From a virus, in the IMG/VR virus record IMGVR_UViG_3300037107_000081, positions 1 through 64,000 of that record: a DNA stretch of 64,000 nt, one strand, 5' to 3'. The notes beneath the pieces are model-generated. The model did not search any database and was not told where the DNA came from. It saw only the letters and a program-made list of their open reading frames with translations. Made by a program: the position numbers and the translations under genes. Positions 48,329 through 57,238 of this stretch are shown piece by piece (the stretch's first letter is position 1; every line of letters begins with the position of its first letter).

Positions 48329-49252
48329 ATGTCTACTAATAAATATGATATTGCTTCAGCTATGAATGGGATAATAAGCGACCCAGTTAATCAATCAATT
48401 TTCTCAAGGCCACAACCCCTTACCAAGACAGCTGCAAAGAAAGATGATACCGCTGATAAGGCTAAGGCTGAAAAAGAAAAAGCTAAGGAAAAGGCTGCTA
48501 AAGAGAAGGAAAAGGAAAGGGCTGCTAAGGAAAAAGCCAAAGAACAGGCTGCTAAAGCTAAGGCCAAGAAAAAGGCTTCAACTAAATATGAAGCTTGCGT
48601 TATTGGTTTGTGCAAAATTTCTGAAATGCTAGATGAGGCTGGTTTGTCAAAGTCGTCTTCATATGCATTGCTAGCACTTAACGATTTGATTAGTACTGCC
48701 GCAAAGAAGAAGGAAGAAAAAGAGGAAAAGGCTAAGGGAAAGAAAGATGAAAAGGGCAAGGGCAAGAAAGAAGAGCCCAAGGACGAAAAAGCTAAGGGCA
48801 AGAAAGCACCTCCGTTTATGAAGAAGGATGAAAAAGGCGACAAGGATAAGAAGGTAAAGAAGGCAGATTATGGTGTTAAGCATGAGCTAACTCCAGGTTA
48901 TGTAAATCCTTGGAATGACAAATCAACCAAGTCTTTTCCTGGCGATCCTATGAATTTTTCGCTTGCTCCTGAAAAACCAGCTGCGGCTCTAAAATCAATT
49001 ACACACACTGATTCTGCATTTCGTCCAGGTGACCCGCTAAATCAAAATGGTGATTATGTTGCTAGCGCAGATGATTGTGAATACGCTGACGATGAAGAAG
49101 TAAGTAATTGTGATGATTTTGATACTTTGTCAAATCAGATCGATCCTGATTCTTTGTGGGAAACCGAAGTTACAGCTGATGAAGAGAAGACTTCTTTGCA
49201 GAAACTTGCTGAGGAATTGGAGGCAACCAAGAGTTTTTTAGCCGCAAAGTAA
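48329..49252 (+). CDS. Lys/Glu/Ala-rich putative head protein (frame-0 product)
   Basis: GAGG RBS; LTKTAA, KEKAKEK repeats, hairpin tag; ends 12 nt after the slippery heptamer. Confidence 0.75.
   Translation: MSTNKYDIASAMNGIISDPVNQSIFSRPQPLTKTAAKKDDTADKAKAEKEKAKEKAAKEKEKERAAKEKAKEQAAKAKAKKKASTKYEACVIGLCKISEMLDEAGLSKSSSYALLALNDLISTAAKKKEEKEEKAKGKKDEKGKGKKEEPKDEKAKGKKAPPFMKKDEKGDKDKKVKKADYGVKHELTPGYVNPWNDKSTKSFPGDPMNFSLAPEKPAAALKSITHTDSAFRPGDPLNQNGDYVASADDCEYADDEEVSNCDDFDTLSNQIDPDSLWETEVTADEEKTSLQKLAEELEATKSFLAAK
49219..49240 (+). promoter_or_regulatory. -1 programmed ribosomal frameshift signal (internal SD + U_UUU_UUA)
   Basis: GGAGG at 49219-49223, 10-nt spacer, T TTT TTA at 49234-49240 correctly phased in frame 0. 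Confidence 0.72.
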
Positions 49253-49731
49253 TAGCCGGTAAAAAAGATCCTAAGGCCAAAGTTAGGAATAGACCGGATC
49301 CAATTTTCAGTAGTAAACATTCTAAAGTAAAAGATGATAAAGATCACTTTCCGATTGATACTATTGAATGCGGCAGAAACGCTCTTGCTCAATGTGAAAA
49401 ATATGACTCGGCCCCTACGTGGTGGAAAGGATCCTTAAAAGAACTTCAAAATTCCGTATCAAGGGCTGTACATAATGAGTATCCAAGTATTAAGAGTGAA
49501 AATAAAAAGAAATCTAGTCACGAGGTATTATTAGAGGTTTTAGGTAGTAGTAAAAAAAGACCGGTTCCATTCTGGGATATAGGAAAAATGACAGATCCAA
49601 TGCTTGATGAATGGGAAGCTATTTTACAAGGACAAAAGGAATTCAGAGACAATCCATTATACGATATTTTCTTAAAAGACATTGCTACTGAAAAAAGAAA
49701 TAGACAAATGGATTTAAAGCGAGCAGTATGA
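49234..49731 (+). CDS. -1 frame extension of 48329 (fusion about 467 aa)
   Basis: 165 open codons (FFSRKVIAGKKDPKAKVRNRPDPIF...KDHFPIDTIECGRNALAQ...YPSI...); first in-frame ATG only at 49588; stop overlaps the next ATG (ATGA). Confidence 0.75.
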   Translation, partial: FFSRKVIAGKKDPKAKVRNRPDPIFSSKHSKVKDDKDHFPIDTIECGRNALAQCEKYDSAPTWWKGSLKELQNSVSRAVHNEYPSIKSENKKKSSHEVLLEVLGSSKKRPVPFWDIGKMTDPMLDEWEAILQGQKEFRDNPLYDIFLKDIATEKRNRQMDLKRAV

Positions 49732-49943
49732 AAAATTTTACTACAGATATTGAAAATAATATGGCCTTTTTTATGGGAGGAGATCTTAAGAAATCTCTAA
49801 ACAAAGATGAGGCCATATGCTCGTTGAATAAAGCACGAAATCTTCTTCAGAATGCCGGATTGGAAACTCTTTGTGTTGCCATTGATGCGATTGTTAAAAA
49901 GGCAGAGTTTATTGACGAAAGTAACATCGAGGTAACCATATGA
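49728..49943 (+). CDS. small protein consisting mostly of the hairpin tag
   Basis: AICSLNKARNLLQNAGLETLCVAIDAIVKKAE. Confidence 0.65.
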   Translation: MKNFTTDIENNMAFFMGGDLKKSLNKDEAICSLNKARNLLQNAGLETLCVAIDAIVKKAEFIDESNIEVTI

Positions 49944-50281
49944 TTTTCAAGCAGGGATCTTGTGAGGAAGAGCTTTTTGAGGGTATGCAAAATGCTCAAC
50001 AAGAAGCAATTGTAGCTGAAGATCAACAGTATGAGCGTTTAATTTTGGCAGCAATGGAAGAATTAAATGCTGCGGCTGAATGTTTCGAAAAAGCCGGAAG
50101 AACAGCGAGGGCAGCAGAAGTTACTACCGTTATGATTGCTTTGGCTGACTCAAAAAAGAAAACAAAACCTTCTGGTAAAAAAAGTGAAATGATAAAAATG
50201 TTTAAAAATTTCGGATTCACCCCAAAAGACCTGGGATATGCTTCTGATGAGGATGCTGAAAACGAAAAAGAGTGTGAGTAA
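49940..50281 (+). CDS. small hairpin-tag protein
   Basis: MIFKQG start; ELNAAAECFEKAGRTARAAEV. Confidence 0.7.
   Translation: MIFKQGSCEEELFEGMQNAQQEAIVAEDQQYERLILAAMEELNAAAECFEKAGRTARAAEVTTVMIALADSKKKTKPSGKKSEMIKMFKNFGFTPKDLGYASDEDAENEKECE
50170..50202 (+). repeat. bipartite dispersed motif, copy 12 (intragenic variant)
   Basis: ttctggtaaaaaaagtgaaatgataaaaatgtt; offset 27. Confidence 0.55.
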
Positions 50282-50307
50282 TTAAATCTATAAATTGGAG
50301 GAATAAA

Positions 50308-50778
50308 ATGACAAGTAGACAACAAATCGCAAGACAGGCCGCAAAAGCAGCTGCTCTGTCCACATATAATGCAATTCTAAATGCGCCAACACATAAGGTT
50401 GCTGGTACAAATTTTAGATCTGCACCATCTTGGAAGGATATCGCAAAAATTGCAGGGGCTAGCTCTTACGATGCCGTTGCTAAACTTGCTCAGGTTATGC
50501 AGATGCCGACCTCTCAAGTTGTTCCGCTCGACTTTCATAGCATTTCTGATGTTATGCAGCGAGTATCACCTGATTTTTACAAGTGGATTGTTGATGGGGC
50601 AACTACCGAAGTTGTTCCTTATGATGCCAAGGGTTTTGCTGCATATGTAAAGACTCCGGGTGGTAATAAGGAAACTTGGGCTACCCCAGAAACTTGGCCG
50701 GAAGTTGTTAGGGCAATTACCTCTAATGTAGCTCCACAAAGCCAGGAAGGGTTGAAAACATACCTGCTATCCCTGTAA
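50308..50778 (+). CDS. putative head protein
   Basis: GGAGGA RBS; THKVAG, IAKIAG, VAKLAQ. Confidence 0.7.
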   Translation: MTSRQQIARQAAKAAALSTYNAILNAPTHKVAGTNFRSAPSWKDIAKIAGASSYDAVAKLAQVMQMPTSQVVPLDFHSISDVMQRVSPDFYKWIVDGATTEVVPYDAKGFAAYVKTPGGNKETWATPETWPEVVRAITSNVAPQSQEGLKTYLLSL

Positions 50779-50813
50779 TTAATTAAATATTGTTAGATTA
50801 ACTTAGTTAGCTT

Positions 50814-50848
50814 AAGCCCAGTTATGCAAATAGCTGGGCTTTTTCTTT
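50814..50848 (+). terminator. intrinsic terminator
   Basis: aagcccagttat-gcaa-atagctgggctt followed by a T tract. Confidence 0.85.
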
Positions 50849-50872
50849 GATATATATAGAAATAGGAGAAAT

Positions 50873-51568
50873 ATGACATTAAGACTTGTTCAGGTAGGAA
50901 ATGCACTACCAGTATCATACCCAGTTGATCCCTCAGCAGAATTTGAACCCGGTATGATTGCTCAGCTTTATTTGCGTGGTAATAATATTGTTTGTGGTGT
51001 TAGTGATGGAAGAGCACCGTTGGGTATTATAGATGATTTTAAAACAAGAGCTTTTACAGCCCCTTCTATTGATGAAACTGTTATAGCAGCAGCTCCGGCA
51101 ATTGATGATGGTAGTGGTCATCTTATTACTCCAATAGATGTAAATATTAATCTTATAAATCCAAATGTTATTCCGGCTAGTTTTATTACGTCGCCTGTTG
51201 ATGTAGCCCTTAATGCTCGAAATGGTATGATTACTTTTCCAGCAGGAACACCATTGAATTTTGATTTGGATGGTGATGGTATTCCAGATTCAATTAGAAC
51301 AATTTGCAGTTATATTTATCAGGTCCCAAACATTTCTGGTGATGATTCTACTGCAGGAAGTGGACATATTACTGTTTGGTTTATGAGAGGAATATATCAG
51401 TGTGATAGCTACGAGACAAACCAACGTTATCCACTTAATGCTATATTATTTGTATCAGAGAATGGAAAATTAACAACTTCTCAGCCAAATGATGACTATC
51501 CAGGTGTTGCAATGGTAACTGGGCCACCCAGCGCTTCAATGTCCAGTTTAGAATTTGAATGGCTTTAA
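50873..51568 (+). CDS. head decoration-like protein
   Basis: DSTAGSGHITVW..G...LFVSENGKLT pattern shared with 16907 and 59136. Confidence 0.6.
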   Translation: MTLRLVQVGNALPVSYPVDPSAEFEPGMIAQLYLRGNNIVCGVSDGRAPLGIIDDFKTRAFTAPSIDETVIAAAPAIDDGSGHLITPIDVNINLINPNVIPASFITSPVDVALNARNGMITFPAGTPLNFDLDGDGIPDSIRTICSYIYQVPNISGDDSTAGSGHITVWFMRGIYQCDSYETNQRYPLNAILFVSENGKLTTSQPNDDYPGVAMVTGPPSASMSSLEFEWL

Positions 51569-51575
51569 AATTATT

Positions 51576-51953
51576 ATGAAAACTATATATAAAACATGTA
51601 GTGGATGTAGAGAAACAAAAATACCCAATGATTTTTATAAAAACTCAAAACAGTTTCATGTTAGTAAAAATTTAGAAAAGGAGATACTTAAGAGGCTACC
51701 ATATACAGCTGATGAATTAAGGTTGCATATAGAATCATTATGGGAGCCGTGGATGAATTGGGATAATTATGGTAAGTTTGATAAAAATAAAAAGACTTGG
51801 CAAATTGATCATATAATTCCACAAAGCAAGTTGCCATTTGATTTTCTTGATCATAAAAATTTCCTCAAACTATGGGCGCTTGAAAATCTACAACCGCTTG
51901 AAACCATTGCCAATATCAAGAAAGGTAATAAAATAATACCCAAAGCAGCCTAA
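51576..51953 (+). CDS. HNH homing-endonuclease-like protein, probably internally deleted
   Basis: KTCSGC..K...FYK joined directly to LPYTADELRLHIE..WMNWDNYG..WQIDHIIP..W.LENLQPL...NIKKGNK. Confidence 0.75.
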   Translation: MKTIYKTCSGCRETKIPNDFYKNSKQFHVSKNLEKEILKRLPYTADELRLHIESLWEPWMNWDNYGKFDKNKKTWQIDHIIPQSKLPFDFLDHKNFLKLWALENLQPLETIANIKKGNKIIPKAA

Positions 51954-52355
51954 ATGTTCAAAATCGTCGAATCAATAACAACGAAACCAATAAAGTTTCC
52001 AGTAAAACCAGGAGTTAAGCTTGTTCCTGGTCAAGTAATAAGTCTTGTTGATTATGGTGATGATTTAGTAGTTGATAAATGTGATGGATATGCTCCTTTT
52101 GGTTTATTAGGTAATCGTTGTATTGGTGGAAATATTGTTAATTTTAAAAAGAGAGCCAATACGTTTCCACAAAGAATGATTGCTGATTTAAATGTATTTG
52201 ATAGAGATAATGAAATAAATGTTGGAAACTCATTATATTGCAACAAAGATGGTGTTTTGAGTAGTAAAAAACCATTCGAAAATTCATATGCTTTGGCTAA
52301 GGTAATTACTCCTGCAGATAAAAATAGGAAGCATATGCAGATTTTGTGGCTGTAA
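51954..52355 (+). CDS. short head decoration-like paralogue
   Basis: FPV.P...L.PGQVI, DG.APFGLL, LYCNKDGVLS; C-terminal ILWL resembles FEWL of 50873. Confidence 0.55.
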   Translation: MFKIVESITTKPIKFPVKPGVKLVPGQVISLVDYGDDLVVDKCDGYAPFGLLGNRCIGGNIVNFKKRANTFPQRMIADLNVFDRDNEINVGNSLYCNKDGVLSSKKPFENSYALAKVITPADKNRKHMQILWL

Positions 52356-52418
52356 TAATAATGCATATCTTAGTATACTATTAGGCCTAAACCCAGCTGT
52401 ATTATATAAGGTGTTGTA

Positions 52419-52742
52419 ATGAACGATGAAGTTTGGAAGGATTTTTTCGCAGATAACCAGACTAAAAGAGTTTTGGATAGCTCAGAGGTGTGGAGGAATT
52501 ATTCTCAGGCTGAGCTAGTACGTGAGCAGCTTAGAGAGGTTAATGCTGCAAACAAAACAATTGATAACGAAAATCAGTTGATGGCTACTTTGGATGAGTT
52601 TCGCCAGAAGATTGCTGAAAACCCTGCTCTCAAGGCAGAATTAAAAAAAGCATCTGATATTTTGGAACAACATCCTGAATTAAAAGAAAAGGTAGACCAA
52701 AATTTTATAAATGGTTTAGAGTTGCTTGACCTTGGGGACTAA
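52419..52742 (+). CDS. hypothetical protein
   Basis: AAGG RBS; SSEVWR motif shared with 52745 (SSEVYR). Confidence 0.65.
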   Translation: MNDEVWKDFFADNQTKRVLDSSEVWRNYSQAELVREQLREVNAANKTIDNENQLMATLDEFRQKIAENPALKAELKKASDILEQHPELKEKVDQNFINGLELLDLGD

Positions 52743-52744
52743 TT

Positions 52745-54415
52745 ATGATTTTTGCAAAATATACAGATAACATATATTCGTCTGAAGTTTATCGTGAACT
52801 TGAGCGTCAGGCTGTTAAGAAAGGTTTTTTCAAGCCAACCGAAACTGAATTAGTAAAGTTAGCGGCGGATGAAGTTAATAAGGTTGAAAAAATTAATCAA
52901 GAAGTAGATGTAACTCCTTCTAACGATTTTATTCAGGATGTGGCTTGTTTGGCCTATGCAATGAGGCGCAAGGGATTTGTTACGTTGGCAGAAGATCTTG
53001 AAGAGAAGTTGGTTATTTATAAGAAGGCCGAGAATGAGCTTTATAATGTTAATATGGAAAAGACGAAAGATTTTATTGATTTCGCTCACAGAGATGGTGA
53101 TGTCAATCTTATCGATGGGTCAGGTGAGTTGGGAACTATAGAAACACAACAGGGAATGGCTGATAAGATTTTAGCTGTTGTTAATAAGAATCCTACGGGA
53201 AAGTATCCAACTAATAAAATTGCTGAGTTTGCTGCTGAAATTATGAAGAAAGCACAAGAACAAAACGCTTCTGAGATGCCGGCTGAAAACCAAAGTACTT
53301 ATCAACCTGATTCGTCTGCTCCAAAAAATATAAAAGAATCATTAACAAGGGCCGCAGTTGTTTTGAACGATGTTGAGAGTGTTAAAAATAATCAACCAAT
53401 ACCTGTTAGTTCTTTTTCATTTAATGATCAAATAGAAAAAAAAAATGAAGTTCAGAACGCTTATATATATTTTGCTCGTTTAGCTGGCGTAAATGTAAAT
53501 CAAAGAAATATTCAGGCGTGGTTTATATTAAAGGGAACGGCGGGTGATAAAGGAGTTTTAACTGATGGTGACGTTCCGGTTATTAGTGCGGCCAATCTTC
53601 AATCAGCATATAAAAACGCATATTCATCAAGTTTTACCCCTTCTGCTGCTAATGGTATCTTGCAAAGTATAGCCGCTGCACTTGGTGTTGGTCCTACTTT
53701 TGCTTCTAAATATATTAATGAAACTAGTAAATATGATCTTTTTGCTGGTGGCTTAAATATGGCTCCAAATTGGGATAATGTTAACGCTGCTTGTAAAGAG
53801 TTGGCAGATCAAGCAAGTAAATTATATATAAGTGTTTGGGGCGTAAATAATGATACTATAACCAAAGCAACAGCGATATTACAAAGTATGCCAGATAATT
53901 TATATAAAAAGATTAATACTATTGATACAAAACAAAATTTTCAAAACAATGTAAACAAAGCTTTATCTGATCTAATTAATATTTCAAAAACCATCAGCTT
54001 AGCAAGAAATGATTTTACAAAACAACCGACTTATAATTATATGAAAGCGATTGTTAATGATATAGATCAAATAGTTACATGGGCTGATGGAATTGTAAAA
54101 CACATTTCTGATAGTTATAAGACTGTGGCAACTCCAGAACAACGAAAACCATTTGATATTGATACTCGTGAATTAGATAAAGCATACAATTATTGGTTAA
54201 TTCAAGCGCAAAGTGAAGATGAGGCAACTAAAAATAAAGCCACACATATCGCTGATAGAATACAACAATTAAAAGGAATTTTAGATCAGGGACAGGGTAA
54301 GATTTGGCTTGAAGTAAAGGACGATCTTGAGGCGAATGGTATTAGTGCTCCAACTAAAGAAGCTCTTCAAAATAGCATAAATACAATTGCCAACTCTGCA
54401 AAAGGTGGGAGATAA
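52745..54415 (+). CDS. putative internal/ejection protein
   Basis: Hairpin tag, AH-module, LVKLAA, IYKKAE, IMKKAQ. Confidence 0.65.
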   Translation: MIFAKYTDNIYSSEVYRELERQAVKKGFFKPTETELVKLAADEVNKVEKINQEVDVTPSNDFIQDVACLAYAMRRKGFVTLAEDLEEKLVIYKKAENELYNVNMEKTKDFIDFAHRDGDVNLIDGSGELGTIETQQGMADKILAVVNKNPTGKYPTNKIAEFAAEIMKKAQEQNASEMPAENQSTYQPDSSAPKNIKESLTRAAVVLNDVESVKNNQPIPVSSFSFNDQIEKKNEVQNAYIYFARLAGVNVNQRNIQAWFILKGTAGDKGVLTDGDVPVISAANLQSAYKNAYSSSFTPSAANGILQSIAAALGVGPTFASKYINETSKYDLFAGGLNMAPNWDNVNAACKELADQASKLYISVWGVNNDTITKATAILQSMPDNLYKKINTIDTKQNFQNNVNKALSDLINISKTISLARNDFTKQPTYNYMKAIVNDIDQIVTWADGIVKHISDSYKTVATPEQRKPFDIDTRELDKAYNYWLIQAQSEDEATKNKATHIADRIQQLKGILDQGQGKIWLEVKDDLEANGISAPTKEALQNSINTIANSAKGGR

Positions 54416-54416
54416 A

Positions 54417-56147
54417 ATGATATCTAAGATTGCTGGACAAGACGCTGCAGCATGGGTCGGATTGACTGGTGGAAAAGGCCCAACTACTGCCCCATCTCAT
54501 TCTGGTGGTGCAGGTCGTGGTGGTGCAGCTGCTCAACCAACAACCGAAAATAAACCTGTATCTGATGCTGTTCGTACAATGCAGGGTCTTATGGGAGACT
54601 TGCGAAATCAATTACAAGATACAAACAAAGCACAAACAGCTCTTGCTCAAATAAATGCAAAAGGACAAAGCGGAATTAAAGATGTTGCAGAATTGGCTGC
54701 CGCCGCTCAAGCATTTGGAACAACTTCGGCAGGTGCAAGATCTTCAACAGATGGTGTCTGGGGCCCGCAAACTAGAAATTCTTTAATAAATATAAAGAAT
54801 TTTGTTGAAAAAGCAAACATTCCAGGAACAATTATTCAAGAAGGAACTGGACCAAGCCCATATAAAGCAACGAAAGAGGACGACCTTCTTCAACTAGCTA
54901 ATGCAAATATTAATAACTTAGTGCGCTTATTTCAAACAGTTGGGCTTTCTTCAACGGTAGCGACACAAAAGGGTAGTTTTATTCAGGTAGATTCGGTTGG
55001 TCCAGAATTAGATCCTTCGGGTTTTTCTGATGATCCATGGCCAACAACATGGGGAAAAAACCCAGTCATGTCTACCGATATACATGATTTCTACAAATTC
55101 TTTAACTTTATACAGAATCTACATTTGGTTGGTGAGTTGTGTAAACCATTAGATGAGCGTGGTAAAGAAGAAACTAATAATCGTAATGATAGAAACAGAA
55201 GAGCTGATGATCAATTGTCTGCTATTGAGAAGTTGGCAAAAGAAATATTAGAATCAACAATTATTAGATTGGGTCAAGAAGGACAACAGGTTGGTGAGTT
55301 TGATCGTGCAAAGGGTCAACCAGCTGTAGAAACAACACCAACGCCAGAACCAAAAGCTCAAGATGATAAGTGGCATTGTTTTTATTCTATAGACGAAATT
55401 ATAGATTGGTTTGTTAGAAGGGCTAATGCTATTTTTGCTCAGCTATATCCGTTATATCGTTCATCAGGAGAAAATCCAAGACCAGATAAGAAAGGCACAG
55501 TTGTTACAGAAAATGATATGCAGCTTGCTAATGATTATAAAAAGAGCATGGATACAATTCGTGCTCAATGGTATGGAATTAGAAACGATGTAATAAATGC
55601 GCTAAAAGAACAGGATAAGCAAGATCATCCTGTTGTTACTCTTGGTACTATTATTGGTGTTGCAAGTGGTAATGCTGGTGGATCTGGTGGTGCTGGTCGT
55701 GGTGAAAGAGCTAGTGGTACTGGTGGTAGTGGTTACACTTTAAGTGGTGAAGAAGAGCAGGCTAAAAAAGCACCTATAGCAGATTTTATGAAACTTAGGG
55801 TTCTAGCAAGAGGTTTGCGCACTAAGGCCGTTGATGAGCTTGAAGTATTAAGTGATGATGGACTTCCAAACGTAGATTTAAATGATTGGTTAAATGGTAA
55901 TTGGCAAAATCTAGCTGAAGACGTTAAGGGAGATACACCAGCTCAAAAACTTAATGGTTTTAGAAATTGGGCATTAGCAGTTAAAAACGTTATAACAGAT
56001 ATATTTCGTAACTGGAATAACCGAGATCAAGATCATGATGATTCAGTTACCAAACAACAAACACATCTATGGCAGCGATGGTTAGATGCTATTGATAGTC
56101 AAATTGGTACTGCTGGTAGAATGTTACAAAGAACAACGGGAAGATAA
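54417..56147 (+). CDS. putative ejection protein with peptidoglycan-binding-like motif
   Basis: GGGAG RBS; MISKIAG; VRTMQ...TDGVWGPQTRNSL (PG_binding_1-like DGxxGxxT). Confidence 0.6.
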   Translation: MISKIAGQDAAAWVGLTGGKGPTTAPSHSGGAGRGGAAAQPTTENKPVSDAVRTMQGLMGDLRNQLQDTNKAQTALAQINAKGQSGIKDVAELAAAAQAFGTTSAGARSSTDGVWGPQTRNSLINIKNFVEKANIPGTIIQEGTGPSPYKATKEDDLLQLANANINNLVRLFQTVGLSSTVATQKGSFIQVDSVGPELDPSGFSDDPWPTTWGKNPVMSTDIHDFYKFFNFIQNLHLVGELCKPLDERGKEETNNRNDRNRRADDQLSAIEKLAKEILESTIIRLGQEGQQVGEFDRAKGQPAVETTPTPEPKAQDDKWHCFYSIDEIIDWFVRRANAIFAQLYPLYRSSGENPRPDKKGTVVTENDMQLANDYKKSMDTIRAQWYGIRNDVINALKEQDKQDHPVVTLGTIIGVASGNAGGSGGAGRGERASGTGGSGYTLSGEEEQAKKAPIADFMKLRVLARGLRTKAVDELEVLSDDGLPNVDLNDWLNGNWQNLAEDVKGDTPAQKLNGFRNWALAVKNVITDIFRNWNNRDQDHDDSVTKQQTHLWQRWLDAIDSQIGTAGRMLQRTTGR

Positions 56148-57238
56148 TGGCTGGTGAGATCCAATATGTTTCCGATACTATATTACTTGAAAAAACATTT
56201 CGGGTTCTCTCGGAATTTAATGATGGCAATATAAATAAATATGCCTTTGATATGGGTTCGCTTTTGAGTGGTATTGGTGAAAACATACATTCATTCATTG
56301 GTAGCCAAATTCATGATAAAGCTTCAGGTGGAATTACCAGAACGATTATAGATTTACTTGCCCCAGCTGTATTTTTTGGGCTTAATCCTGTTCTTGGTTT
56401 TGTAGTTGCTTTTGCTCAGGAAGCTTTTGGTTTTGATATGTATTCTGTGTATCAAAAGATTCATGATGCCATTATACCTGATGTTGAAGCTGAAAAACCA
56501 ATAAGTGCTGATAAAATAAATAATATTGCAAAATCAGCAATTCCAAATACAGACGAAGAAGAAACAGATGAACAACATGCAGATGATCTTTTATATCCAT
56601 TGAGGGCTTTAGAAGAAAATGGACAATTAACAAAAGAAGCGTTGGGTCGTCGTTCTTTCTACAGTTCAAAAGATACAAGATTTAAGCCCTTGCAATCACT
56701 GCTTGAAGTTATTGGTAAAAGAAAGGGAATGTCTTTTATTACCGGAATTATAGCTTGGTTTTTGAAGACTATATTATTATCTGCTGGTTTGTTAATTGTT
56801 GGTGGTGTTGCTGCAAAAGCTCTTGGTTTTGGGGTTAAACAACAAAACACTACGACTACACAACCTGAACAAACAAACACACAACAGCCGCAACAAAACA
56901 CACAACAACCAACACAAATGTCTATTCCGGCTCCTTCTGGTGCTGGTGCTTACGTATATAAAAATAAACCTAATGATATATGGGTTGAGAATTTAAATGG
57001 AAGACAGCCTTATGAAATGATTTTACAATGGGCTCTTGGGTCATATCCTAGCCTTTACCAATATGACAACATTATATTGAATACTCCGTCTTTTTGGAAT
57101 GCAGTTCGTAGCGTTACCGAAAATTGGAGACCTGGACAATCTGATATAGCAATCCCAGATCCATACAAAAAACGGGATGATGTTGTAAGTCTGTTCATAA
57201 ATGACGTTTTTAGAAATATTAATCAAGGGAGTGCATAA
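56147..57238 (+). CDS. putative membrane-inserting virion protein
   Basis: INKYAF, LTKEAL; two hydrophobic segments; Q/T-rich linker. Confidence 0.65.
   Translation: MAGEIQYVSDTILLEKTFRVLSEFNDGNINKYAFDMGSLLSGIGENIHSFIGSQIHDKASGGITRTIIDLLAPAVFFGLNPVLGFVVAFAQEAFGFDMYSVYQKIHDAIIPDVEAEKPISADKINNIAKSAIPNTDEEETDEQHADDLLYPLRALEENGQLTKEALGRRSFYSSKDTRFKPLQSLLEVIGKRKGMSFITGIIAWFLKTILLSAGLLIVGGVAAKALGFGVKQQNTTTTQPEQTNTQQPQQNTQQPTQMSIPAPSGAGAYVYKNKPNDIWVENLNGRQPYEMILQWALGSYPSLYQYDNIILNTPSFWNAVRSVTENWRPGQSDIAIPDPYKKRDDVVSLFINDVFRNINQGSA

Noticed and set aside
48391-48883. Hydrophobic minus-strand ORFs (150 aa and 70 aa), and the many other short nested ORFs in the track
   Set aside because: They are shadows of Lys/Glu-rich or otherwise well-supported plus-strand genes, with no RBS or motif support.
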